This document shows, piece by piece, positions 53,009 to 64,000 of a stretch of DNA of 64,000 nucleotides. The translations under genes and the position numbers were made by a program. Positions within the stretch are counted from its first letter, which is position 1. Every line of letters starts with the position of its first letter. The DNA lies in NCBI GenBank assembly GCA_964016885.1, contig OZ024753.1:20894001-20958000 (forward strand). The letters run 5' to 3'. The notes under the pieces were generated by a model that did not search any database, was not told the DNA's origin, and saw nothing but the letters and a program-made list of their open reading frames with translations. Source of the DNA: Eledone cirrhosa. Taxonomy: Eukaryota.

Positions 53009-55687
53009 GTATTTATTAAAATAACAGATTAATGTTTAAGCAAAGAATCGCTGCTTTCACCCTTAACGGGATCTTCCGAAACTAAAAAAAGTCAATCTGT
53101 GAACGCAGAAGTAAATATTTCAAAAAACGTTGCAACCGAAGGAAGACAGGAAGACGATACTTTGATTCGTGGAAACGTTCCCTGACAAAGAACGGAAAAA
53201 AACGAAGATAATACGTCATTATTTGGTGCAGTGAAAACAATTACACGCGAAGACAAAACTACGTTTATGGTATAAATGAAGTCGTAGACTAATACTCTAT
53301 TAGGTGGTTCATAGAGACGTTCTCTGGCAATGAACGGAAAAAACGAAGATAATACGTCATTATGTGGAAGAATGAGAACAATTACACGCAAAGACAAAAC
53401 CACGTAACCGAAGTCGTAGACTAAAATTTTATTTAGGAAACCGAATGATTCTCGGCTTCAGAATTAAGAATAAAGTAAATAAAATACAGAGGTAATTGAA
53501 AATATATACATACACACATCCATATACGTACATACACAAGCATACGCGTAACCACTCCCCATGGGTATGCAAATACCAGCACGTATACACAAAAAAAAAC
53601 ACATACACACGCACATGCATAACCCACGCAACGCCTGTACCGCACACATACGAACGTATACACCAAATACACGTAAAAAAAGAAAAATCATATATATATA
53701 TATATGCACATGTGTGTGTGTGTGTGCGTGTATACATAATTAAATAAACGTATATAAATATGCACACATAAATACGTATACAACGCGCGCACACACACAC
53801 CCACATGTATAGATACATATGTTCGCGGACGTACGTCAACCAAAACACAAAGTACACATATACACACACCCTACATACGTACGAACCCGCATACTCACAC
53901 AGACGCAAAACTCCCGTATATACATAACCAAATACACATGTACCAGTATATAAAGCATATACAAGCAAATATACGTACGAGAAAATATACGTACCTTCAC
54001 AAAACATACAGGTAATATATACTTACCTATACGAATAAGTAATAGTATTAACATTACATATACTTAGCTACCACATCAAGACGTAAAATATCCGCGTATA
54101 GTTCGTATTATCCGTTAGGGTATAATGTGGGGCTGTAATACAGGAAAGTGTTGTGCAATTTATGTTTACAAGCCGAGATTGCCTCAGATTTTTTGTTTAA
54201 GATGTGGTTTTTGGCGTAGAGTATTTCCAGGGCCTCAGCGGCGCAAAGGTCACATGGTCCTTTATTTTCGTTATACGATCTAGCCTTAGCTAGGATCTCC
54301 CAGTGTAACTTATATTGGGTGTGGTTGTCTTTTAGACTCCAGATATAAGCTGAAAGTGACGTCATATTCCTTCTTAAAGGGTTAAGAAAAGAATGGTATG
54401 CATGTAAAGACGCTGCTTGAATCTATTGGCGGTTAACCCTATGTAGGCCCTACGGGACGTGGGTGTTTCAACCTTATATTTGTAGACAATGTTACTAGAG
54501 AGGCATTTCCCGGAAAAGGGGCAGTCAACGCGATTCCTACAATTACAGTTAGTACTAGCTACAGGGTTGCACGTGTTCCTACGGCTAGGTAATTTAGCTA
54601 AATTTGAAGCTGTGATGTTATGTGCAAGGTTAGGAGTCGTAGAGTAAGAAATTTTAATGGTATTTCTATTAAAAATGTTACTATATTTATGTGCTGGGGG
54701 AGGGGATGCTTCATAATAAGGGAGAGAAAGATCTTAGCTAAAGGTGTGGCCACCTCCATATTATATGGTGGGTTATACCATTTATGCGTTGGGATCTATT
54801 TTTCCGAGGTCTATTCTCGTACTCTGTATAAGCTACCTATCGACAAATCCACTCCGAGCAAGAGCTGCATTGTAATATGTGGAATGGTCGTTGAAAATAT
54901 GCTCGTTTGTAGATAGACGAGAAAGCCTCAAAGAAACGTTTCTTACCAGGTTCTTGGTTATGCTGGCAGGATAGTTAGAATGCTTACTTATGTAATTAAG
55001 CGTAACATTCGGCTTTCTATACGGGTAGTGCAAGCCATTCGACAAATCGAGGGTAACGTCGAGGTAATTAACGACCGAGAGGTTGGCCTCAACCTGTATA
55101 GAGAAGTTGAAGCCTTTAAAGAAGGCTGTGCGTTCTTTTCTGAACCTGTCGTAAGCACGTAGGCCGCACTTTGTCATGGTCAAAAGACCGTCATCACGGT
55201 ACAAACCACCGCCCACGTTGAGGAATTATTCCTTAATAGAGAAGAGAAGGAAATAGTCGTAGAAATTAATCACCGACTTACGGGCATTGATGATGACATC
55301 AGCTTCGAAATCTTTAACCACTGAGAGTGTTTTAGCGAAATTGATAGCTCTAAGGAGAAGTGGTAAAGTGATGGAGGAGAAGTAATTATTGATGTCGAAT
55401 TGGATAAAATGGCAAAGTTCCCTGTTACATATGCCGTTGAACCAATCAATCACCGCGAAAGAATTGTTCCACAGTGCAAGAGGGGCCAAACTTCTAATTA
55501 CAGGTATAATCCTATCTAAAATCCTACCTAAATCGGGCTTCGTAGGGTTAATAAGCCGAATAGAAGGGTTGTTCGGGAAATTGGATTGTTATTTTAATAA
55601 ATATTTGCTCTACGGTTCTTATATATTTGATATATATTTATCCTTATCGAGCCCTCTTTGGATTTTAGTCTTCAAATTTATTATTAT

Positions 55688-55690
<3 letters not shown>
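53009..55690 (-). mobile_element. 5'-truncated PLE (Hydra-like): RT + GIY-YIG + 3' UTR
   Basis: IRLINPTK, FIQFDINNYFSSI, GLYRDDGL, VNYLDVTLDL, YRKPN, CNC..CP..GKCL, CDLCAAE. RT motif 4 is deleted. 55587-55690 begins with an inverted match to the 3' tail. Confidence 0.9.
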
Positions 55691-55747
<57 letters not shown>

Positions 55748-55752
<5 letters not shown>

Positions 55753-56270
55753 TATGTACACATACATACATATATGTATACAGACGTACAGTAGTATGTA
55801 TATATACATACATGCACACATATATATATGTACGTATGGATTCACCGAACATTTATTGTAACGCTCGGTGTATTTGTAGACAAACATCCCGTATTAAGCC
55901 GTAGTGTCTAGCAACCATCATTGCTCGTTTGTTCAACACTGACAAAGGAACGCTATACTAGTTTCAAGCTTATTAGCTATCGTCAGCAACGTATACCTTC
56001 CTGCCAGATTGTTGAACGTATATACTTACCTTATACATATTAACGGCTGAGTAGCCCAATTTGCATATCGAGTGGGTTAATCGGCCGGGTGCACCGAAAA
56101 CGATAAACGGAAAAAATGAAACGAAATTTCATTTCCCACTCTTAGTACGGCTGTTACTTAAATATAAGTATGTACACGTACATACATATATGTATACAGA
56201 CGTACAGTAGTATGTATATATATATACATACATGCACACATATATATATGTTCGGTGAATCCATACGTAC
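55748..56270 (-). mobile_element. Retrozyme-like HHR repeat, copy 2 (HHR 55951-55991)
   Basis: cguug CUGACGA u-agcu-aaua-agcu-u GAA ACUAGU A uagcg; ~1.2 units plus a 22-nt inverted piece at 56251-56272. Confidence 0.8.
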
Positions 56271-59200
56271 ATGGTAAAAGGACACTTTTTCTTCATCAAC
56301 AGAATTCATAATTGGAGCATAGACACTCACCAGGGTCGCATATCTTCCTTTGTCCAGCGGAATTCTCATGGACATAAGACGCTTACTAATCCCCACTGGG
56401 AATTCTTTTAATTTATCCACAAGAGCAGTCTTAACAGCAAATGCTACCCCAACCTCTCTGGTTCCTGGTGACACCGCTTCGCAACAAGGATGGCAAGGAA
56501 CTTCTTCGTGACTCACAAGGAATTCTACGAAGGTGGCGAGAGCACTTTGATGAACTGTTGAATCAGCCGTATGTTGTCAATGAAGATTTCCTCAATCTCA
56601 TTCCAGGAAAACCTGTGAAAGTAGCTCTCGCAGAACCTCCGACGCTTGTGGAGGTTGCAGTGGCTATCTCGAAGCTGAACAGTGGAAGGTCTCGAGGTAT
56701 GGATGGCATACATGCAGAGCTCCTACAATATGGTGGTGAGAGACTTCTGCAACATCTTTTAGAAGTAGGTATTTTTGTGGATGTTCACCAATTTAGAGGA
56801 AGATAGGCTGGTTGGAGAGAGATATATGGATATAGATATGTGTTGTTATGAATGTTAATATTTGTTTGCGGTTTGTATCACAGAGAGTAACCGAAGCAGT
56901 CCAAGGGAATGTTGTGGCAAATATCATCATAAGGCATTACAATGTTTTTTATATATAATTTATTTAAAAAACATGAGAAGTTGAGTTAGCAGTAATGACA
57001 TGTTGTGGTTAGTGGTTAACCATGTTGCTGCTGATGATGATGATTTTGTTGATGTTAGCCATGTTGTAAAAAAGAATTTTATCTCTTGTAATTTTTTAAA
57101 AGAGAGCTAATTTTTTTTTTTTTTAAGAATGTTGTCTCATGCGGGTTCATTGAAGTTAAACCATGTGTTGTGCTGTTATCAACAAAAAGGTTTTTAAATG
57201 GTGCTGATACTATACAAGAAAGCTTGCGTGTTGTTCTTTTTAAAAAAATACCACTTCTTATTGTTTTTTGTAAAGGAACATTTAATTCAAAAATGTTCTC
57301 GTGACTGGGTCACCAATATAGAAATAGGTATTTTTGTGGATGTTCACCAATTTAGAATGAGTATTTTTGTTGTGAGTTAATTGAGAGAGTTAATAGATGA
57401 TATACTGTATCTATTGTTGAGAATGTATGTATTTGTTTGTGTATTGTATCAGAGAAGTCACCATTGAAGCAGTCCAAGGGACAAAAACAGAAGTTGTTGA
57501 GTTAGCAGTAATGACATGTCATAAGAAATGAAACAATACAAATTAAGATGCTGTAAAAGAATACGCAGACCGATGGCTGAAGTTAGAAGCCACGGCAGCG
57601 GTAATTGTTTGATAGCTACATTTTGGAAAGTTTGTTGAGTAAAATCAAGAGATGTTTACCTTCCGGTGTCAAGATTCGAAAAGAGAGTTTTTCAAAGAGA
57701 AGCCGGAATTTTTCCCTTTCGGCAGAAGTTGAAATACATCTCCCTATGCTGGTAGCGATTGGCTGAACTGAGCCAAACAACGTACGGAGAATGTATTCAA
57801 GAGCCCTCAGAATGTAGGTCGCTACAATCTTCACTCTTTGTTTGGCAGGATATGGACTAATGAACCCATACCTGAGGACTGGAAAGATGTACTAATGGTG
57901 GTCTTGTACAAGGGAAAGGGTAACAAGAATTATTGAGGAAACTACAGAGGTATATCATTGCTTTCTCTCATAGGAAAAATGTTATGTAGGGTGCTTCTGG
58001 ACCGTCTTCTGACACACATTGCAGATTGTGTTCTTCCTGAAAGTCAATCTGGTTTTCGTGCTTGACACAGCATTACTGATATGATCTTCTCAGCTAGACA
58101 GCTCCAGGAGAAGTGCATGGAACAAGGTTTGGATCTGTATCAGGTTTTTATCGATCTGACAAAAGCTTTCGATACTGTTAACAGAAATGCATTATGGAAG
58201 GTTCTCCAGAAACTTGGTTGCCCTGATAAGTTCCTTGCTTTAGTTAGGTCTGTCCATGACGACATGAAGGCTTGGGTTAATGTCGGAGGTAACATGTCGG
58301 AGCCTATCTCATTAAAAAATGGAGGGAACAGAGGGATATTCCAGCACCGACCCTGTTTGCCATATACTTTGCAATGATTTTCTATATTGCATTCAGGAAT
58401 TGTGAGCATGGTGTTTACATCCAATATCAAACCTTAGGCAGCATATTATCAGGTGCTTCGCTGCAAAAACAAAAGTATTTACATCAATCATAAGAGACCT
58501 CTTGTATGCAGATGCTTGCGATCTTGTAGCGCACACAGAGATTGATATGCAACACATTTTGAATGCATTTTCTGATGCTTGCACTTCCCATGTACCAACC
58601 AGCCCCTGATAAGCAGTACAGTGAGCCAAATATCTATGTGTATGATAAACGACTTGGAGTGGTTGATCAGTTTGTCTACCTGGGAAGCATTGTCAATCGA
58701 TACAGCAACCTTGATAATGAAATCCCACTCAGGATTAGGAAAGCAAGTGATGCTTTCTGAAAGCTAGAAAGGCGACTCTGGGGTTGGCGGGACATATGCA
58801 AGAAGACAAAGGTAAAGGTGTACAATGCATGTGTGCTCTCCTATCTTCTTTATGCCTGCGAAACCTGGGTCACATATCGACACCACCTTAAGCAATTGGA
58901 GCGTTTCCATCAGATGTGTCTCAGACGGATCCATGGCGTTCACTGGAGGGACCACATCAGTGATGTCAAGATTTTGTAAAGCTCTCTGTGTGACAGTATA
59001 GAAGCTCTTGTGCTTAAGCAAAGGTTCCGTTGGTCACCTTGCCAGCATGAAGGATTCTAGACTACCGAAACAACTCATTTATGGAGAGTTAGTTAAAGGA
59101 AAACGACCTCCACATAAACCAAAAAAGAGGTATAAGGATTCCTTGAAAGCCTCTTTGAAAGACGCTAACATCTCTGCTGATACATGGGAAAATGTTGCTG

Positions 59201-59646
59201 CTGATCGTAATAAATGGAGAAAGATTGTTTATGAGGGGAAAGTTGCCTTTGAGGCATCTCGAATCGCATACGAGAAAGTAAAGTGGGATGTGAGGAAGGG
59301 CATTGCTGTTGCATTTCCAGACTGTGAAGGTCTTCTTATGGCGCTGACATACAGTGTCTGTGCGAGACTCTGCCTAAGCAAAGCTGGACTCGAAAGTCAT
59401 CTTCGCAGTCATAAAGTGAGACCAGTGGTTGACTACCAGGCTGCTGTTGGAGATGTTACTTATCATGCTTGCCAAACATGTGGTAGAGAATGAAAATCAG
59501 CAGGAGGGTTCAAACGACGTGCAAAAGTACATGAACTCCAACCACAGCCGGCTATCCCCAGTGAATGTTTTGGTTGCCAACTCTGAGCAAGACATTTTAG
59601 ATCATTGGCTGGGCTAAAAATCCACATTCGATCGCAGCACTCTTAA
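56271..59646 (+). mobile_element. Decayed BovB-like RTE family D with 5' inversion and C-terminal C2H2 fingers
   Basis: 56271-56468 minus APE piece (LVSVYAP); plus strand RWREHF, FIDLTKAFDTV, LYAD, FVYLGS, RLPKQLIYGEL, C..C...H...H repeats; interrupted at 56759-57826. Confidence 0.88.
56759..57826 (-). mobile_element. Internally deleted Gypsy-type LTR element remnant
   Basis: TSD ATCTT (56754-58, 57827-31); 5' LTR 57826-57317 starts TGTAG; PBS TGGTGACCC at 57315-57307; partial second LTR 56759-57005. Confidence 0.75.
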
Positions 59647-59667
59647 GTGCTATCATGTGTGTATGTA

Positions 59668-59730
<63 letters not shown>

Positions 59731-59732
59731 AT

Positions 59733-59841
59733 TGGAATAGAATGAAATGAAATTTCATTTCTCACTCTTAGTACGGCACTTACTTAAATGTAAGTATGTA
59801 TGTATACGTACATACATATATGTATACAGACGTACAGTAGC

Positions 59842-59890
<49 letters not shown>

Positions 59891-60312
59891 CAGGCACACA
59901 TATATATATGTACGTATCAGTTTAGCGAACATTTATTATAATGTTCACTTTGTTCGTTTGTAAACAAACGGACAGCCTGATTTATGCCGTACGGTGTTAA
60001 GGCAACCACGTCACCTTTTTGTTCAACACTGACACAGGAACGATGTACTAGTTTCAAGCTTGTTAGCTATCGTCAGCACCGTATACCCTTCTGCCAGATG
60101 GTTGAACGTTCGAAAGTATATACTTTCCTTATGAAAATTAACGGCTGAGCAGCCTAATTTGCATATTTGAGTTCAGTCGGCCAGGCGCACCGAAAACGAT
60201 AAATGGAATAGAATGAAATGAAATTTCATTTCTCACTCTTAGTACGGCACTTACTTAAATGTAAGTATGTATGTATACGTACATACATATATGTATACAG
60301 ACGTACAGTAGC

Positions 60313-60363
<51 letters not shown>

Positions 60364-60474
60364 CAGGCACATATATATATATGTATGTATCAGTTTAGCG
60401 AACATTTATTTGTTCGTTTGTAAACAAACGGACAGCCTGATTTATGCCGTACGGTGTTAAGGCAACCACGTCAC
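59733..60474 (-). mobile_element. Retrozyme-like HHR repeat, diverged subfamily (HHR 60041-60081)
   Basis: Period ~472; cggug CUGACGA u-agcu-aaca-agcu-u GAA ACUAGU A caucg. Confidence 0.8.
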
Positions 60475-60819
60475 ATTTTAGATCATTGGCTGGGCTAAAA
60501 AGCTTATATTATTATACTTATATTATTATTGTTGTTGTTGTTATTATTATTATTTTCGTTATTATTATTATTGTTATTATTGTTATTATTATTATTATTG
60601 TTCTGAGTTCAAATCCCGCCGAGGTTAACTTTGCCCTTCAGGGGTCGATAAAATAAAGTACCATTAATGCAATGGGTAATTGCTGGCCTTGTGCCAAAAG
60701 TAGAAACAATTATTATTATTATTATTATTGTTATTATTATATTTTTTTCGTGCAATGGCCATACTCAGTAACGAGGAGGCAGCCATCATATATATATGTA
60801 TATATACATATATGCATGT

Positions 60820-61347
60820 GTAGGACTATGATGAACAGGAGAGGGCTAAGAACAGAGCCCTGGTGGACACCTACCTGTACGCTAAATTCCTTGCTACACT
60901 CATTGCTAATCCTAACTTTGCTGGCTGCTCCTCTATACATGGCGTGTACAGCTTTCACAAGCCATTCATCTACTCCTAGTTTTCTAAGAGCCCACCAGAT
61001 TATAGCACATGGAACTCTGTCAAAGGCTTTCTCGTGATCGACGAATGTCAGGTAGAGTGGCTTACTTTTAGCTAGGTACTTTTCCTGTAACTGCCTCACA
61101 AGGAAGAGGGCATCTATGGTGCCTCTTCCTGGCACAAACCCAAATTGCATCTCATCTAGTTTCACCAGGTCCCTAATCAACTGTGCTATAACTCTTTCTG
61201 TTACTTTCATGACCTGGTCCATCAGCTTTATACCTCTATAGTTTCCTCTATCTAGTGCATCATCTTTACCTTTTTAGCAGTTGACAATGATGCTACTGCA
61301 CCAATCCTTTGGTATGACACCTTCTAGTATTACCTGGTTAACAATAC
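60820..61347 (-). mobile_element. RTE RT fragment (family A relative)
   Basis: [10 protein letters not shown]...MQFGF...KAFDRVP...[13 protein letters not shown]. Confidence 0.9.
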
Positions 61348-63930
61348 GTGTGGTTATGGTGGGACCTACTGACCCAGATGCCTTCAGCATCTATCTCGGA
61401 CGAACCTGGAAACAGAAGCCTGCCTGGAGAAGAAAGTGTCGGCGTGTCCGGTGGCTGTGAGGGGGCCGCTCATGCAACCAGGCAGTTCTTCAACAGCTGC
61501 CCATCGGAACCGGCATCCAGGGACTCCAGGCACCTCATTGTCAAGCTTGACATGAGGAATGCCTTCAACTCTTTACGCCGGGATCATCTGCTCGAAGCCT
61601 GCCTCAGCCGAGCCCCTCTGTCTACCTGCTGGCCTACCTGTCATATCGAGCCACGAGCATGCTCCTTGCTGCTGATACGGTCATACCCTCGGCTACTGGG
61701 GTCCAACAGGGCGATCCTTTGGGCCCCCTCCTGTTCGCCCTTGGTATTGACCACATCAGCCAGAGTATCATGGCCCCTACAACGTTTGGTATCTGGATGA
61801 TGCTACGTTGGGCGGCCCCGTACGGACAGTCTGCCATGACCTTCAATCGGTGATTCCTGCCCTGGCGGGAATCGGCCTCCAGGTCAACTCGGCCAAGTCG
61901 GAGGTGGTGAATGTCAGCCTCGATGCAGTGAGCTTTGCAGCCTCCATCTTGGATGTGCGGTCCATTCTCCGCCAGGTTCAGGTGATCCCCAAAGAGGATA
62001 TCCTCATCCTCAGGACACTGATCCACCCGCCGGCCATCCGCTCCACCATCAGGTCCAGGCTTCAACAGCTCCAGACTCTCACGAGTAGACTGGGCTTGAT
62101 TGGCGGCCACCCAGCTCTCTTTCTGCTGAGGAACTGCTTCACCATGCCGAAGCTCCTCTATACACTCCGCAACGCTCCATGTTACACCCATACATCTCTC
62201 CTCGCTGACCTCGATACTTGTATCCGAGCAGCAGCCGAGGAGATATGCAACATCAAGTTTGACGACATAGGGTGGCAACAGGCCACTTTACCTGTCAGGA
62301 GTCGTTCACCTGTCAGGAGTCGTTCACGTTATTTCGCGACTCCACGTCGGCGTACTACTTCACTCGCCAGCAATCCATTATTTTGCTGGTATCATGCCAC
62401 CTTCGCGGATAAGGCAAAACATTGCCGGCCTCCATGTAAATATTCAGCTTCGGGAAATGTAGATCAGAGTCACTAAAGGCGGCAAGTGAACTCTGCGAGA
62501 CACAACAGAACCGCCATTTCTTCATAGAGGACCTCCTGTCTGGAAGAACCTTCCTCGTAGACATGCATGATCTCATCAGACAGCTTCATGCAGTATTTGG
62601 CCTGTCAATTGTATGACAGTAACTCCTCCTGAATCATCAATGAATCTACAAGCTGTCAATCATTCACCGATACGGACTTTTGGACAAATCTCGCTTCCTC
62701 TGCAATTCAGAAATCTTCGAGAATTCAAATGGATTTTTACAGTTGCTGACCTACCACATCCGATCTTGGGAGCGGATTTTCTACACCATTTTGCATTGAC
62801 GGTGGACGTCCGTGGCCGACGCCTAGTAGACGACATTACTGGTTTTTCTCTTCGTGGCCAGAAAGCTAATTTTCCAACAGTTAGCCCGACCTTTTTCATC
62901 GCTATTGCTGGGAATCCCTATCATGCATTGTTGAATTCTTTCCCACAGCTTACTCTTTCTGTTGAGCGTGCTACACCCACACATCTCTCCTCGCTTACCT
63001 CGATACTTGTATCCGAGCAGCGGCCGAGGAAATATGCAATGTCAAGTTTGACGACATTGGATGACAACAGGCTACTTTACCTGTCAAGTATGGTGGCCTT
63101 GGCCTCCGGTCCCCGATCTCACTGGCTTTGCCGGCGTATCTTTCGTCGGTAACCTCGTGCCACGTCCTCGTCAGCAGGGTTCTTCAAAACACAACAGAAC
63201 CCTCTGTGTTCAGAGAATGTGAGGCCACCTGTGAGACGTGGGACCGGTTGGGACTTAGCCTGGTAGACGTCCCTCTTTCTTCTCCCCTTGTTGATGTCAA
63301 GTCCCCCCAAAGCACTTGGGATGCCATCCAGTACAGCCGGGCCTCAGACAGGCTCATGCGCCAGCTCGACCAGCACCGCCTTGCTTGTTTTCGTGCGGCC
63401 TCCAAACCCTACAATGGTGCCTGGCTCCATGCTCTGCCCTCCTTCTCCACTGGCACGGAGCTAGACAACCATAGCCTGCGCATCGACGTTTCCCTGAGGC
63501 TTGACCTCCGGATCTGCCAGCCACACCAATGTCGCTGCGGTTCCATCGTGGACTCTTTCGGCCTCCATCCGCTTTCCTGTCGCCACAGTGCTGGCCACAT
63601 TCCATGACATGCTGCCCTCAACGAGGTCATTAAGCATGGCTTGGACGTTGCAGGCTTCCCTTCCCAGATTGAGCCGGTGGGGCTGGATCGAGGGGATGGC
63701 AAAAGGCCAGATGGCATGACCATCTTCCCATTACACGGTGGCAAACCCCTCATCTGGGATGCCACTTGCACTGACACTTTCTGCAGCCGCAGGTCTGAGC
63801 CCCGCGAGTGGCTTTTCCAACGCGTCTCCCTTGCCGTCTTCCGGGGAATACGCCTTCTCCATTCTGTCCGCTGGGGCTGTGGGTGGGCCCCATCGCGTAC
63901 CGTTATAGTTGTTGTATACAGATATTAACT
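61348..63930 (+). mobile_element. Decayed CRE-clade non-LTR element (RT + RLE)
   Basis: GVSGGCEGAAH, KLDMRNAFNS, GVQQGDPLGPLLF, WYLDD (frameshifted), CRCG...HPLSC, GKRPDG..WDATC. Confidence 0.85.
62298..62968 (+). mobile_element. LTR-less Gypsy gag-protease fragment inside the CRE element
   Basis: RSRS, CWYH..F...A..C..PC, FLVD, LQAVN.SPI.TFG, ADL..PILGADFL. Confidence 0.85.
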
Positions 63931-64000
63931 CATCAATCCCATATAGAAGGCGAATTATGTATATGTAGATATATATATATATGTGTGTATAAATATATAT

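Overview
Gene-poor, repeat-saturated animal DNA. The SINE/RTE complement and the (TA)n/(TATG)n seas resemble cephalopod (octopus) DNA; that assignment is inference. No intact host gene can be supported, and the long Ile/Tyr ORFs are microsatellite artefacts. The window holds nested retroelements: at least four RTE-clade LINE families (one copy with an intact ~830-codon EN-RT frame carrying a PHD-type finger inside RT), CR1, R4/Dong and CRE fragments, a Gypsy gag-pro fragment, LTR remnants, tRNA-derived SINEs, and at least seven Penelope-like element (PLE, GIY-YIG) fragments. The main signal the ORF track misses is RNA structure. I can fold by hand about 19 type I hammerhead ribozyme (HHR) motifs from about 9-10 sequence families, several with compensatory base changes. 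Some sit in the pseudo-LTRs of PLE ORFs. Others sit in ORF-less 420-540 nt tandem monomers or head-to-head palindromes inserted in TA tracts (retrozyme-like). One PLE insertion ends at its HHR cleavage site, and its empty target site is present elsewhere in the window. Also notable are three RTE copies with 5' inversions, fold-back inverted duplications centred on (TA)n, and a strand-polarised TATG microsatellite. All folds and alignments were done by eye.
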